Below are positions 35,667-47,800 of a stretch of 64,000 nt of DNA, piece after piece (position 1 is the stretch's first letter; each line of letters starts with the position of its first letter). This DNA is from Clostridia bacterium (GTDB taxonomy: Bacteria > Bacillota > Clostridia > Saccharofermentanales > Saccharofermentanaceae). A model generated the notes under the pieces. That model searched no databases. It saw only the letters and a list, made by a program, of their open reading frames with translations, and was not told the DNA's origin. The position numbers and the translations under genes were made by a program. The stretch covers positions 19,430-83,429 of the forward strand of contig JAKSRG010000007.1 of NCBI GenBank assembly GCA_024403735.1, read 5' to 3'.

Positions 35667-37084
35667 TGGGAAATACATACGAGACAATAATTGGATTAGA
35701 GATTCATGTTGAACTCCTTACTTCGCATAAGGCTTTCTGCTCATGTCCTAATAGATTTGGAGATATTCCTAATACGAACAAGTGCCCTATCTGTGAAGGT
35801 CTCCCTGGTGCAATCCCAGTATTTAACGATGAAGTTAAGGGTGTTGCGACTAAGGCTGGATTAATACTCAATTGTGAGATTAATGATTTTAGCGCATTTG
35901 ATAGAAAGAACTATTTCTATCCAGACCTTCCTAAAGGATTTCAGATTACTCAGTTTCATAAGCCATTATGTACTAATGGTTATCTTGACCTGCCTTCCAG
36001 CGGTAGACGAATTAATATTACTGAGATTCATATTGAAGAGGATGCTGCAAAGTTAATCCATGAGGGTGACAAAGTATTCGTCGACTATAATCGCTGCGGC
36101 GTTCCACTTATTGAGATTGTAACTGCACCAGATTTCAGAGACGCTACTGAGGTAGTTGAGTTCCTCTCGATTGTGCAGCGTAGCTTCGTGTACGCTAATA
36201 TCTCAGACTGTAAGATTGAGCAAGGTTCAATGCGCGCAGATGTTAATCTATCTGTTCATAGACCAGGCGAAGCTATGGGAACTAGGACTGAGACTAAGAA
36301 TATGGCGTCGTTCAAGGCGATTACCAAAGCAATCGAGACAGAGACTAATCGTCAGATTGCGCTCCTTGAGGCAGGCAAAGTAGTTACGCAAGAGACTAGA
36401 AGATGGGATGAGAATTCAAGTCAGACAATCTTTATGCGTATCAAAGAAGACGCTAATGACTATAAGTATCACGTCGAGCCAGATCTTAGTCCTATAGTTA
36501 TTGGTGAAGATTTCTTATCGGAGGTTCGTAGTAGTATTCCTGAACTTCCTTACGAGAGGGCTATGAGATATGGTCGTGAGTATGGCTTAACAGAGTACGA
36601 GGCTGATATTCTTACAAGTTCAGCAGGACTTATTAACTTATATGAGGGTACTATTGCAGCTAATAATCTTCCTAAGGCTAGCTGCAACTGGATACTTACA
36701 CATGTCCTTAAGCTCATGAATGACTATGAATTAACACTTAATCCAGTGAGTTTTGCAGCGCTAGTTAGCCTCGTCGAAGAAGGCAAGATTAGTAGTAATG
36801 CTGGTCGAGAGATCTTGAAGGCGCTATTTACTGAAGACTTCGACGTATATGATTACGCAGTAGCTAATAGCATGCTGATGATTACTGATGAGGAGCAGAT
36901 AAGGAGCGCTGTGAGGGCGGCACTCGAACTTGAGGAGTGTAGTAAAGCGGTGAGCGATTACCTTGGTGGCAATGAGAAGACATTCGGCTTTTTGATGGGT
37001 AGGGCGATGCGTCTACTCGGTGGTAAGGCCGACCCTTCAATAGTTGGCAATATTATGCGCGCTGAACTTGATACAAAAAAATGA
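35666..37084 (+). CDS. gatB: Glu/Asp-tRNA amidotransferase subunit B
   Basis: YETIIGLEIHVEL..., NRCGVPLIEIVTAPD and a C-terminal YqeY-like tail. The ATGA overlap with gatA suggests translational coupling. Confidence 0.93.
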   Translation: MGNTYETIIGLEIHVELLTSHKAFCSCPNRFGDIPNTNKCPICEGLPGAIPVFNDEVKGVATKAGLILNCEINDFSAFDRKNYFYPDLPKGFQITQFHKPLCTNGYLDLPSSGRRINITEIHIEEDAAKLIHEGDKVFVDYNRCGVPLIEIVTAPDFRDATEVVEFLSIVQRSFVYANISDCKIEQGSMRADVNLSVHRPGEAMGTRTETKNMASFKAITKAIETETNRQIALLEAGKVVTQETRRWDENSSQTIFMRIKEDANDYKYHVEPDLSPIVIGEDFLSEVRSSIPELPYERAMRYGREYGLTEYEADILTSSAGLINLYEGTIAANNLPKASCNWILTHVLKLMNDYELTLNPVSFAALVSLVEEGKISSNAGREILKALFTEDFDVYDYAVANSMLMITDEEQIRSAVRAALELEECSKAVSDYLGGNEKTFGFLMGRAMRLLGGKADPSIVGNIMRAELDTKK

Positions 37085-37199
37085 TGTAAAACTCCTTGAA
37101 ATATCGTATAATACAATCTTAATTAAGGCGTTGTGGTTAAAACAATCGATGGAACGCCTTAGAGATCAGTTGATCTTTTGGAAAGGATAGGAGAACAAA

Positions 37200-38555
37200 G
37201 TGCCTGAAGGCGTCGGGAAAATTTTTATTGATTTAGCAATAGTATTTATATTTATTTTGATTAATGCATTCTTCGCAGGAACAGAGATGGCGGTTATCAC
37301 GCTGAACGACGCGAAGATGAATAAGATGGCCGAAGAAGGTCATAAAGGCGCGAAAAAGGTTATAAAGTTCATCAACAATCCTGGTACATTCCTCGCAACA
37401 ATTCAGGTTGGTGTTACTCTAGCGGGCTTCTTGTCCTCAGCTTTTGCTGCCAATAATTTCTCAGAGTTACTTACAAAGGCCATCGACCCAGCTGGCAAAC
37501 ATACATGGATCGACCCAATCAGTACAGTACTTATTACAATCGTACTCTCATACTTTTCACTCGTATTCGGTGAGTTGGTTCCTAAGAGAGTAGCTCAGAA
37601 GAACCCTGAGAAGTGGTCATTCCTCGCAGCAGGTCTAGTAAGAGGATTTGGCTTTATCGCTACACCATTCGTTAAGTTCCTTACATTCTCAACAAATATT
37701 ATCCTTCGTATCTTCGGTATTGACCCTAACGATAACGACAAAGAAGTAACTGAAGAAGAGATTAGAATGCTCGTTGATGTTGCTAACGAGTCAGATACTA
37801 TCGAAGATAGCGAGAAGGAAATGATCGAGAACATTTTCGAGTTCAACGACAAAGATGTATCCGAGGTAATGACACATCGTAAGAAGATTGTGTCACTCTC
37901 AATTGACGCTCCATATGACGAAGTTATCAGATTAGCTCGTAATGAAAAGTACACACGAATTCCTGTCTACAGAGGCACAATCGATGACGTTGTAGGAATT
38001 CTCCATATCAAGGATCTCCTCGGCATGTCTGAGACAGAGATTAAGAACTTCAAGCTCAAGACTTATGTCCGCGAGCCACTCTTCGTTCACGAGACTAAAA
38101 AGATTTCATCACTATTCAACGAGATGAAGACTTGTGGTATCCAGCTCGCTGTTATCCTTGATGAGTACGGTGGAACAATGGGTATCGTTACAATCGAGGA
38201 TATGATTGAAGAGATTGTAGGTAATATTTTCGATGAGTTCGACGACGCTGATCAGGAATGCATCCACCTATCTAACGGCGACTTAATTGTTGCAGGCGAT
38301 ATGACACTTTCTGACCTTGAAGGCGAGCTCGACATCGAACTTACAGACGATGAGTACGACACAATCGCAGGTCTTGTTATCCAGTTATTAGACCGCGTGC
38401 CTGAGGCTCACGAGAAGCCAACTGTTAAATACAAGAATTTGGATATCAAGGTTTTGCAGGTTCAGGAGAGATGGATTTCTAAGGTTCTTATACATATTAA
38501 TCCGGTAGTTGAAGAGACTAGCGAGGACGAGGATAAGAATGATAAAGACGAGTGA
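37200..38555 (+). CDS. CNNM/TlyC-family protein (DUF21 TM domain, CBS pair, CorC_HlyC)
   Basis: GTG start. INAFFAGTEMAVITL marks DUF21, followed by a CBS-pair region and a C-terminal CorC-type domain with an acidic tail. Confidence 0.85.
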   Translation: MPEGVGKIFIDLAIVFIFILINAFFAGTEMAVITLNDAKMNKMAEEGHKGAKKVIKFINNPGTFLATIQVGVTLAGFLSSAFAANNFSELLTKAIDPAGKHTWIDPISTVLITIVLSYFSLVFGELVPKRVAQKNPEKWSFLAAGLVRGFGFIATPFVKFLTFSTNIILRIFGIDPNDNDKEVTEEEIRMLVDVANESDTIEDSEKEMIENIFEFNDKDVSEVMTHRKKIVSLSIDAPYDEVIRLARNEKYTRIPVYRGTIDDVVGILHIKDLLGMSETEIKNFKLKTYVREPLFVHETKKISSLFNEMKTCGIQLAVILDEYGGTMGIVTIEDMIEEIVGNIFDEFDDADQECIHLSNGDLIVAGDMTLSDLEGELDIELTDDEYDTIAGLVIQLLDRVPEAHEKPTVKYKNLDIKVLQVQERWISKVLIHINPVVEETSEDEDKNDKDE

Positions 38556-39210
38556 TAATCGTTACGACTGCGTGCTCTACGACTTCGACGGAACGCTCGG
38601 CGATACGGTCCCACTAATCTTATCGTCGTTCGAGGAGGCATATATCGAGGTCTTTGGTGAGTGCAAGAGGACCCGCGAAGACTTCAAGCGCTACATTGGT
38701 CTCCCACTAACTAAGACATTTGAGATGCACGATGCTGATACTTCTCGAAAACTACTCGACGCATACTTAAGAATTAACTGCGCTCATTTAGCTAATAACG
38801 AAGTAAAACTTTTCGATGGCGTCCTAGACGAACTATATAAGCTCAAAGAGATGGGCATTACTCAGGGAATAGTCACTTCTAAAAGACGAAGCTCGCTGAT
38901 GATAACTATCGAACTACTAGGGTTGCAGGATGTTTTCGAGATAATCGTAGTTAACGAGGATACGGATAAACATAAGCCAGACGCGGAGCCGATATTGTTC
39001 GCATCGAGACAGCTCGGAATTCCTGTAGACAGAATGATGTACGTAGGTGACGCGAAGGGTGATATCCAGTGTGCCATCAATGCCAAGTGCGATTCGGTGT
39101 TCGTGGAATGGTCAGAGATGCCCAAGGAACCTATATTGGAGCTCGGACCGACATATATTATTAAAGAAATAAATGAGCTTTCTTGCATTATTAAGGCTCG
39201 CGAATTATAA
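38539..39210 (+). CDS. HAD-superfamily hydrolase (PpaX/phosphoglycolate phosphatase-like)
   Basis: Motif I is VLYDFDGTLGDT, followed by VTSK and VGDAKGD. I prefer ATG 38539, which overlaps the previous gene by 17 nt. Confidence 0.8.
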   Translation: MIKTSDNRYDCVLYDFDGTLGDTVPLILSSFEEAYIEVFGECKRTREDFKRYIGLPLTKTFEMHDADTSRKLLDAYLRINCAHLANNEVKLFDGVLDELYKLKEMGITQGIVTSKRRSSLMITIELLGLQDVFEIIVVNEDTDKHKPDAEPILFASRQLGIPVDRMMYVGDAKGDIQCAINAKCDSVFVEWSEMPKEPILELGPTYIIKEINELSCIIKAREL

Positions 39211-39256
39211 TGAAGATTGTTTTGCGATAAATCTAATGAAGAGGATGATATAAATC

Positions 39257-40798
39257 ATGGCAAGTAATAAAAAGAATACAAGCAACAGTAATGTTAGCAA
39301 GGGAATGAAGTATAAGACAAAGAATAACATTATCATGGGTACTGTTATCGCAGTTCTCATTTTGTCTATCGTAGGATACTTCGTATATATTTCAGGTTTC
39401 TTAGCAAAGGTTGTACCAGCTGTTAAGGTTGAGCAGACTGTTAACGGTCAGACAAAGACAGTTGCTAAAATCTACACACCTGAGCTCAATTACTACTATG
39501 CTCAGCTTGTATCTGTATATCAGATGTATGGTATGAACATTGGTGAGGAATATCTCAACACAATGAATGAGGAAATGCAGAAGACTAACGGTCAGCTTCT
39601 TTATGATGCAGCTGCTGAGCAGGCTATGAACGTTTACCTCGTTAATGATTATGCTAGCAAGGATCCGGATTTCTATTGCGGTGCTAAGAGATATGCAGAA
39701 CACGAGTTGTACTTCTTCAGCCTCCGTGCTCAGAACAACAAAACAGTAACAGATAAGTATCTCGCTTACCTCTACGGTACAGGTATGTCATCTAGAATGT
39801 ATAAGGATATCGTTGCAAGACAGGAGACAACACAGGAGTACGAGCAGTACATCAGACAGTTCAAGTTCATGCCATCTTACGATGAGCTCATGGCTGTATA
39901 TAATGAAGATTCTTCATTGTTCGAGCGTGCAAGCTTCAACTCATTCTTCTTCTCAGCAGTTTCTTACCCAGACGGTGAAGCAGAGAAGATGGCACAGGCT
40001 GTAGCTGATGCTTCAGTATCAAGCGGTGCATTTGGTGTAGCTCTTACACAGCAGCTTGGTCCTGAGATGAGCGAGGCTATGGGTTTGACAGCTAACGGCA
40101 ACGAGACATACGTTGAGAGTTTGACAAAGACAGTTGCTGAGGATACAACAAAGTACCCAGAAGGTTTCGCAGATTTCGTTTTCGATAAGGGCAACATCGG
40201 TACAGCAACAGTACTTACAAATGAGCTCGGTTCATATGTAGTATTCCTTGATGATATTAAGGTTAACGACGAAGCAACATTCACATACAGAGTTCTCAAG
40301 TTGGAGAACGAGGCTTACAAGGACCTCGAAGCTGGTGAAGTTCCTACAGATGCTGATGTAGCTAAGGGATTGACAGATTGCCAGAACAAGGCTAACGAGA
40401 TTATTGCTGGTACAACAGATGAGCGTTCATTCGTAGTAGCAGTTAAGGACAACACAGATGATTACGACTCAATCACAACAGGTGGTTACGTTAACGGAAC
40501 ACTTGCTTCAGCATTTGAAGGTGAGAACGTTTCAGCTGATGATCAGTTATTAGGCGCATGGCTCACAGATCCAGCAAGAAAGCCTGGTGACATGATTGCA
40601 ATCACAAGTGCAGACAGCAGATCAGTAAGCATTTACTACTTCTCATACACAATGCCATCTTGGATGAACACTCTCGCACAGGAGAAGGTTACAACTGAGG
40701 TTAACAACTGGTCAACAAATGAACTTCAGGTTCAGAACACAGTACCACTTGTTTCATACGATGTAGTTGATACACTTACATATCGTGCAAGTAACTGA
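39257..40798 (+). CDS. membrane-anchored SurA-N/PrsA-like chaperone-type protein
   Basis: The N-terminal TM is IIMGTVIAVLILSIVGYFVYI. It is distantly similar in layout to 28586-30145 and 30281-31783 (...PGDMIAITSADSRSVSIYYFSY). Function is tentative. Confidence 0.6.
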   Translation: MASNKKNTSNSNVSKGMKYKTKNNIIMGTVIAVLILSIVGYFVYISGFLAKVVPAVKVEQTVNGQTKTVAKIYTPELNYYYAQLVSVYQMYGMNIGEEYLNTMNEEMQKTNGQLLYDAAAEQAMNVYLVNDYASKDPDFYCGAKRYAEHELYFFSLRAQNNKTVTDKYLAYLYGTGMSSRMYKDIVARQETTQEYEQYIRQFKFMPSYDELMAVYNEDSSLFERASFNSFFFSAVSYPDGEAEKMAQAVADASVSSGAFGVALTQQLGPEMSEAMGLTANGNETYVESLTKTVAEDTTKYPEGFADFVFDKGNIGTATVLTNELGSYVVFLDDIKVNDEATFTYRVLKLENEAYKDLEAGEVPTDADVAKGLTDCQNKANEIIAGTTDERSFVVAVKDNTDDYDSITTGGYVNGTLASAFEGENVSADDQLLGAWLTDPARKPGDMIAITSADSRSVSIYYFSYTMPSWMNTLAQEKVTTEVNNWSTNELQVQNTVPLVSYDVVDTLTYRASN

Positions 40799-40843
40799 TA
40801 GCTATTTAATAAATAGTAAGTAGATAATTAAATGACACATTAT

Positions 40844-40889
40844 TACCCCTTCCCAAATCGAAAAATATTTTTGGGATAGGGGTATTTTA
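40844..40889 (+). terminator. intrinsic terminator
   Basis: TACCCCTTCCCAAA / TTTGGGATAGGGGTA form a long stem, followed by a T-rich tail. Confidence 0.75.
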
Positions 40890-40892
40890 TAG

Positions 40893-40921
40893 TTGACAAT
40901 TCTAGACATCGCCTATATAAT
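40893..40921 (+). promoter_or_regulatory. consensus sigma-A promoter for rpoBC
   Basis: TTGACA (40893-40898), a 17-nt spacer, then TATAAT (40916-40921). This implies a ~160-nt leader before rpoB. Confidence 0.7.
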
Positions 40922-41088
40922 CTTATACTGTTTCGTACTGTGGGATAACTATGCCCTTATTGTACGGGATGTGGTTTTTTGTACGTAAGTATTGGAACCA
41001 GAGAACAACAGGCCGCTAAGAAGTGCCACTTAACAGCATATGTTAGTAGGTATTTCTGAAGCATATTTATTCGAGAGGTGATGTGATA

Positions 41089-44000
41089 ATGGTTCGTTCC
41101 ATCAAGCAGGGCAAGACAGAGCGTATGTCCTATTCTCGTATCGACGAGGTTATTGAAGTACCAAATCTCATTGAAATCCAAAAGGATTCCTACAATTGGT
41201 TCATGAATGAAGGTATTTATGAAGTTTTCCAGGAGATTTCTCCAATTACAGATGCACAGGGTATTTGGGAACTCTACTTTTTAGACAGAGAGTTCGATCC
41301 AGAGAACCCAGTATGTGGTCTTGACGAATGTAAGGAGAAGGACAGTAACTATGCTGCTCCACTTAGATTGAATCTCCGTCTTCGTAATACACGTACAGGT
41401 GAAGTTAAGGATTCTCCAGCATATGTTGGTGAGTTCCCAATCATGACTGATCACGGTACATTCATTATCAATGGTGCAGAGCGTGTTATTATCAGCCAGA
41501 TTGTACGTTCACCAGGAGCATATTTCGGTAAGACATACGGTAAGCTCGGTGTAGAAGAGTTCACTTCTCAGATTATCCCTAACCGTGGTGCTTGGCTCGA
41601 GCTCGAAGAGGATGAGAACGGTGTTATCAGCGTTCGTGTTGACCGTGCGCGTAAATTCCCAGTTACAATCCTCCTCCGTTCACTTGACACTAAGGATCTC
41701 GATATTTCTCTTGAGACTAATGAAGACATCCTCAACTTCTTCGGTAACGTTAGAGGTCTTCAGGTTACTATGGAGAAAGATACATGTAAGAATCACGCTG
41801 ACTCACTTAATGAGTTCTATAAGAAAGTTCGTCCAGGCGAGCCTTTCAGTGTTGAAGCTGCAGAGAATCACCTCAAGGGTTTGTTCTTTGATTCAAGAAG
41901 ATATGATCTTGCTAGAGTAGGTATCTATAAGCTCAATAAGAAGCTTAGCCTCTCAGCTAGAATCGTTGGCCACAAGGCTGCAGAAGATATCGTTACACTT
42001 GATAACGAGTTGCTCCTTAAGGCTGGCACAGTTATTACAAGACAGCAGGCTATCGACATCGAGGATGCTGGTGTTTCTGCTGTTAAGGTTTTCCCAATCA
42101 TCAAGATCGGTGATAGCATCTCTTTCTCTGATACAGCTGTACGTGTTATCGGTAACGGCCGTGTTGACGCTGAGAAGTACATTAAGGCTTCATTTAAGGC
42201 TAAGGAGATTAAGGGCTTTAAGATTGAGGATACAAAGATTAATGAGCGCGTAAGAGCTTCAGTTCTTCGTGACATTATTGTTAATATTCGTGAGAACTAT
42301 AGCGAGGATCAGTACGTTGAGCAGCTTATCATTGCTTTGAATGATAAGAAGTCAGAGCTCATGCCTAAGGCACTCGTACTTGAAGATATCGTAGCTATGA
42401 TCTCTTACTACCTCGGCCTCCGTGAGCAGGTTGGTAGCATCGACAACATCGACCACCTTGGTAATCGTCGTATTCGTTCTGTAGGTGAACTCCTCCAGAA
42501 TCAGATGCGTCAGGGTATGGCTCGTGTTGAGAAGAATGTTCGTGAGAGAATGGCAAGCATTAGCGACGAAGAGTCTGAGAAGATTACAGCTCCTACAATC
42601 GTTAATACACGTCCACTTAGTGCTTCTTTCAGAGAGTTCTTCGGTTCATCACAGCTCTCACAGTTCGGTGACCAGCAGAATCCACTCGCTGAGCTCACAC
42701 ATAAGAGAAGACTTTCAGCATTAGGACCTGGTGGTCTTTCAAGAGACCGTGCTTCATTCGAAGTTCGAGACGTTCACTCTTCACACTATGGTCGTATGTG
42801 TCCTATCGAGACACCTGAAGGACCTAATATCGGTCTTATTACTTCACTTGCTACATATGCTCGTGTTAACCGTTACGGCTTTATCGAGACACCTTACCGT
42901 CGTTATGACAAGGAGAAGGGTATCGTTACACGTGAAGTTGAGTATATGACAGCTGATAGAGAGGACTTGTACAATATCGCTCAGGCTAACGAGCCACTCG
43001 ATAGTGAAGGTCACTTCATCAGTAAGAAGATTATTTGTAGACACCTTGATGAGTTCTTGGAGCTTTCACCAAATAACGTAGATTATATGGACGTATCTCC
43101 TAAGCAGCTCGTATCAGTATCTACAAGCCTTATCCCATTCTTGGGTAACGACGATGCTAACCGTGCTCTCATGGGCTCTAACATGCAGCGTCAGGCAGTT
43201 CCACTTATTAAGCCAGAAGCTCCAATTATCGGTACAGGTATGGAGTATCGTGCTGCTAAGGACTCAGGTGTATGTAAGGTAGCTAAGAACGGCGGTGTTG
43301 TTAAGTTCGTTGCTGCTGACTACATTGAGATTGAGCGCGAAGATGGCGGTATTGATGCATATAAGCTTTCTAAGTATCAGAGATCTAACCAGAGTAACTG
43401 TATTAACCAGAGACCAATCGTTAAGATGGGTGAGAAGATCGAGGCTGGCGATGTAATCGCTGACGGTCCTTCTACAGATAATGGTGAGCTTGCTCTTGGT
43501 AAGAACGTTCTCATCGGCTTCATGACATGGGAAGGTTACAACTACGAGGACGCCGTTTTGATTAATGAGCGTATCGTTCGTGATGATGTTTATACATCTA
43601 TCCATATTGAAGAGTACGAGTGTGAAGCTCGTGATACAAAGCTCGGACCTGAGGAGATCACAAGAGAAATCCCTAACGTTGGTGATGATGCTCTTACAAA
43701 TCTCGATGAGTACGGTGTAATCCGTGTAGGTGCTGAGGTTAGAGCTGGTGATATCCTTGTTGGTAAGGTTTCTCCTAAGGGTGAGACAGACCTTACAGCT
43801 GAAGAAAGACTTTATAGAGCAATCTTCGGTGACAAGGCTAGAGAAGTTAGAGATACATCTCTCCATGTACCACATGGTGAGTCTGGTGTAGTTATCGGTG
43901 TTGATATCTTCACTAAGGATACAAATCCTAACCTCAAGAACTCAGTTAACAGACTCGTTAGAGTATATGTTGCTCAGAAGCGTAAGCTCTCTGTTGGTGA

Positions 44001-44850
44001 TAAGATGGCCGGTCGTCACGGTAACAAGGGTGTAGTTTCAAGAATTCTTCCAGAAGAGGATATGCCATTCCTTCCAGATGGTACTCCACTTGATATCGTA
44101 CTTAACCCTCTCGGCGTACCTTCACGTATGAACATTGGTCAGCTCCTCGAGGTTCACCTTGGTCGTGCTGCACGTGCTCTTAACTGGAAGGTTGCTACTC
44201 CAGTATTCGACGGCGCTAACGAGAATGATATCGTTGAAGCATTCCAGCTCGCTGGTATTGATAGAGACGGTAAGACAATCCTTTACGATGGACGTACAGG
44301 TCAGCCATTCGAGAACAGAATTACTGTTGGTGTAATGTACTACTTGAAGCTCCACCACCTCGTAGACGATAAGATGCATGCTCGTTCTATCGGACCTTAC
44401 TCACTTGTTACTCAGCAGCCATTGGGTGGTAAAGCTCAGTTTGGTGGTCAGAGATTTGGTGAGATGGAGGTATGGGCTCTCGAGGCTTATGGTGCTGCTC
44501 ATACACTTCAGGAAATCCTCACAGTTAAGTCTGATGATATCGAAGGTAGATCTAAGACATACGACGCTATTATTCGTGGTAAGAATGTTCCTGCTGCAGG
44601 TGTTCCAGAATCATTTAAGGTTCTTATCAGAGAACTCCAGGCTCTTGCTCTTGACGTAAGAATTTACGACGCAGAAGGCAAGGAATACGATTTGAAGTCT
44701 GAGGCTTCTTCAGAGGGCGATTACGAGCCAAGTAGAGAAGTTAAGGAAGAGATTAACAGCTATGCTTCAAAAGAGGGTAGTGATGTTGCAGAAGGTATGC
44801 ACGCAACAACTCTTGAAGAAGAGAGCAGTAACATCGACGAATTAAATTAA
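41089..44850 (+). CDS. rpoB: DNA-directed RNA polymerase subunit beta
   Basis: Start at ATG 41089 after AGAGGTG (GTG 41083 is also possible). Canonical beta blocks are present (e.g. [28 protein letters not shown]). It has an acidic C-terminal tail. Confidence 0.98.
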   Translation: MVRSIKQGKTERMSYSRIDEVIEVPNLIEIQKDSYNWFMNEGIYEVFQEISPITDAQGIWELYFLDREFDPENPVCGLDECKEKDSNYAAPLRLNLRLRNTRTGEVKDSPAYVGEFPIMTDHGTFIINGAERVIISQIVRSPGAYFGKTYGKLGVEEFTSQIIPNRGAWLELEEDENGVISVRVDRARKFPVTILLRSLDTKDLDISLETNEDILNFFGNVRGLQVTMEKDTCKNHADSLNEFYKKVRPGEPFSVEAAENHLKGLFFDSRRYDLARVGIYKLNKKLSLSARIVGHKAAEDIVTLDNELLLKAGTVITRQQAIDIEDAGVSAVKVFPIIKIGDSISFSDTAVRVIGNGRVDAEKYIKASFKAKEIKGFKIEDTKINERVRASVLRDIIVNIRENYSEDQYVEQLIIALNDKKSELMPKALVLEDIVAMISYYLGLREQVGSIDNIDHLGNRRIRSVGELLQNQMRQGMARVEKNVRERMASISDEESEKITAPTIVNTRPLSASFREFFGSSQLSQFGDQQNPLAELTHKRRLSALGPGGLSRDRASFEVRDVHSSHYGRMCPIETPEGPNIGLITSLATYARVNRYGFIETPYRRYDKEKGIVTREVEYMTADREDLYNIAQANEPLDSEGHFISKKIICRHLDEFLELSPNNVDYMDVSPKQLVSVSTSLIPFLGNDDANRALMGSNMQRQAVPLIKPEAPIIGTGMEYRAAKDSGVCKVAKNGGVVKFVAADYIEIEREDGGIDAYKLSKYQRSNQSNCINQRPIVKMGEKIEAGDVIADGPSTDNGELALGKNVLIGFMTWEGYNYEDAVLINERIVRDDVYTSIHIEEYECEARDTKLGPEEITREIPNVGDDALTNLDEYGVIRVGAEVRAGDILVGKVSPKGETDLTAEERLYRAIFGDKAREVRDTSLHVPHGESGVVIGVDIFTKDTNPNLKNSVNRLVRVYVAQKRKLSVGDKMAGRHGNKGVVSRILPEEDMPFLPDGTPLDIVLNPLGVPSRMNIGQLLEVHLGRAARALNWKVATPVFDGANENDIVEAFQLAGIDRDGKTILYDGRTGQPFENRITVGVMYYLKLHHLVDDKMHARSIGPYSLVTQQPLGGKAQFGGQRFGEMEVWALEAYGAAHTLQEILTVKSDDIEGRSKTYDAIIRGKNVPAAGVPESFKVLIRELQALALDVRIYDAEGKEYDLKSEASSEGDYEPSREVKEEINSYASKEGSDVAEGMHATTLEEESSNIDELN

Positions 44851-44881
44851 GTTCTAGTAGAAGGAAGGAGACTTCTAAGAT

Positions 44882-47800
44882 ATGTTTGAAACAAGTCATT
44901 TTGGTTCAATTGATATTAAGCTTGCTTCACCTGAGCGTATTAAAGAGTTAGGTAGAAACGAAGTTAAGAAACCAGAGACAATTAATTATCGTACTCAAAA
45001 GCCAGAAGCTGATGGTCTTTTCTGCGAAAAGATTTTTGGACCTATGAAGTCATGGGAATGTAGCTGCGGTAAGTATAAGAAGATCCGTTATAAGGGTGTT
45101 ACTTGCGAGAGATGTGGTGTTGAAGTAACAAAGAATACTGTACGTCGTGAGCGTATGGGTCATATCATGCTCGCTGCTCCTGTAGCACACACATGGTATT
45201 TCCGTGGTATCCCAAGTAGAATTAGCCTTTTGCTTGACATCCCACCTAAGACACTCTCAAAGGTTATTTACTTTGCTCAGTATATCGTCGTTAATCCAGG
45301 TAATACTTCTTATGTTAAGAAGCAGACTATCGACGAAGTAGAGTATCGTGAAGTTATGAGAGATCCTAATCGTGGTAGCTTCGATGCACGTATGGGTGCT
45401 GAGGCTATTATGGACCTCTTGAAGGAACTCGACATTGACGAGTTGGCAGAGACTCTCGAGAAGGAGAGAAAGAACGCTTCTGGTCAGAAGAAGGGTAGAA
45501 TCATCAAGAGACTCGAGGTTGTTGAGGCTTTCAAGAACTCAGCTAACAAGCCTGAGTGGATGATCCTTACAGTTCTTCCTGTACTCCCACCAGAGATCCG
45601 TCCTATGGTACCTCTTGATGGTGGCCGTTATGCTACATCAGACCTTAACGATCTCTATAGAAGAGTTATTAACAGAAATAACCGTCTTAAGAAGCTTCTT
45701 AACATCAAGGCTCCTGATATCATTGTTAGAAATGAAAAGAGAATGCTTCAGGAAGCAGTTGATGCTTTGATTGATAATAGTAAGAAGAGTTCACGTGGTG
45801 TAACAGGTTCTACATCTGCTACAAACAACAGACAGCTCAAGTCACTCACAGATATGCTCAAGGGTAAGCAGGGACGTTTCCGTCAGAACCTCTTGGGTAA
45901 GCGTGTTGACTATTCTGGACGTTCTGTTATCGTTGTAGGTCCTACACTTAAGATGCACCAGTGTGGTCTTCCTAAGGAGATGGCTCTCGAGCTCTTTAAG
46001 CCATTCGTAATTAAGAAGCTCGTTGAGAAAGGTCTCACACAGAATATTAAGACAGGTCGCCGTATGGTTGACCGTGCTAATGCCCAGGTTTGGGATATTT
46101 TGGAGGATGTAATCAAGGATCACCCAGTTATGCTTAACCGTGCTCCTACACTCCACAGACTTGGTATCCAGGCATTCGAGCCTGTACTCGTTGAAGGTCG
46201 TGCTATTAAGCTCCACCCACTCGTATGTACAGCTTTTAACGCTGACTTCGATGGTGACCAGATGGCTGTACACGTACCTCTCTCAGCAGAGGCTCAGGCA
46301 GAAGCTCGTTTCTTGATGCTTTCATCTAACAACCTCTTGAAGCCTCAGGATGGTAACCCAGTTACTGTTCCTACACAGGATATGATCCTCGGTTGTTACT
46401 ACCTCACAATTTGCCGTCCAGGTGCAAAGGGTGAAGGCATGGTATTCTCATCTATCGATGAGGCTTTCATGGCTTATGATGAGCACCAGATCGAACTCCA
46501 CTCTAAGGTTCGTATCCGTATCACACGTATGGTTAACGGCGTTGAGACAACAGGTCTCGTAGAGAGCTCATTCGGTAGATTTATCTTCAACGATATCATC
46601 CCACAGGATTTGGGCTATGTAGATCGTTCTATCGAAGGCAATGAGTTGCTCCTCGAGTGTGACTTCGTAGTAGGTAAGAAACAGCTCGGTAAGATTATTT
46701 CACGTTCTATTGCTGTTCATGGTTCAGCTTCAACAGCTGCACTTCTTGATAACATCAAGGAACTTGGTTATAAGTACTCAACACGTGGTGGTATCTCTAT
46801 CGGTATCGAAGATATGATCGTTCCTGACGTTAAGGAAAAGATGATCAAGGAAGCTGAAGCTAAGGTTGAACTTATCAACAACAAGTTTGATAAGGGTTTC
46901 CTTAATGAGAATGGTCGTTATAAGGCTGTTATCAAGATTTGGGAAACAACAACAGAGGCTATTACTAAGGCTCTTATCGATAACCTTGGTGAGTATAACC
47001 CAATCAAGATGATGGCTGACTCTGGTGCCCGTGGTTCTGCTCAGCAGATCAAGCAGCTCGCTGGTATGCGTGGTAACATGGCTGATACATCAGGTAAGAC
47101 AATCGAAATTCCTATCAAGTCTAACCTCCGTGAAGGTATGAACGTATTGGAGTTCTTTATTTCTTCACACGGTGCTCGTAAGGCCCTCTCTGATACAGCT
47201 CTTAAGACTGCTGACTCAGGTTACCTTACACGTCGTCTCGTAGACGTAGCTCAGGAAGTTATCATCAGTGAAGAAGACTGTGGTACAGAAGACTTCACAT
47301 GGGTTAAGGAAATTGCTATTAAGGCTAATGGTAAGAAGGATATCGTTAAGACTCTTGCTGATAGACTTACTGGTAGATACGCTGCAGAGCAGGTTGTTGA
47401 CCCAGAGACAAATAAGGTATTGATCGAGAAGAATCAGCTCATCGATGCTATCACAGCTGGTAAGATTGAAGACGCTGGCTTCAAGAAGGTTAAGATTAGA
47501 TCAGTATTCGATTGTAAGTCTAGACACGGCGTATGCTCTAAGTGTTACGGCTTGAACCTCGCTACAGGTCTTCCTACAACTGGTGGTGAGGCAGTTGGTA
47601 TCATGGCTGCTCAGTCAATCGGTGAGCCTGGTACACAGCTTACAATGAGAACATTCCATACTGGTGGTATCGCTACTGGTGAAGATATTACTCAGGGTCT
47701 TCCTAGAGTTGAGGAGCTCTTTGAGGCTCGTAAGCCAAAGGGTGAAGCTATCATCTCTGCTATCGATGGTGTTGTACACATCGAGGAAGGTGCAAAGGGT

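Noticed and set aside
40957-41181. 74-aa minus-strand ORF in the rpoB leader
   Set aside because: It lies antisense to the rpoB 5' UTR and start codon, downstream of a consensus plus-strand promoter, and has no RBS.
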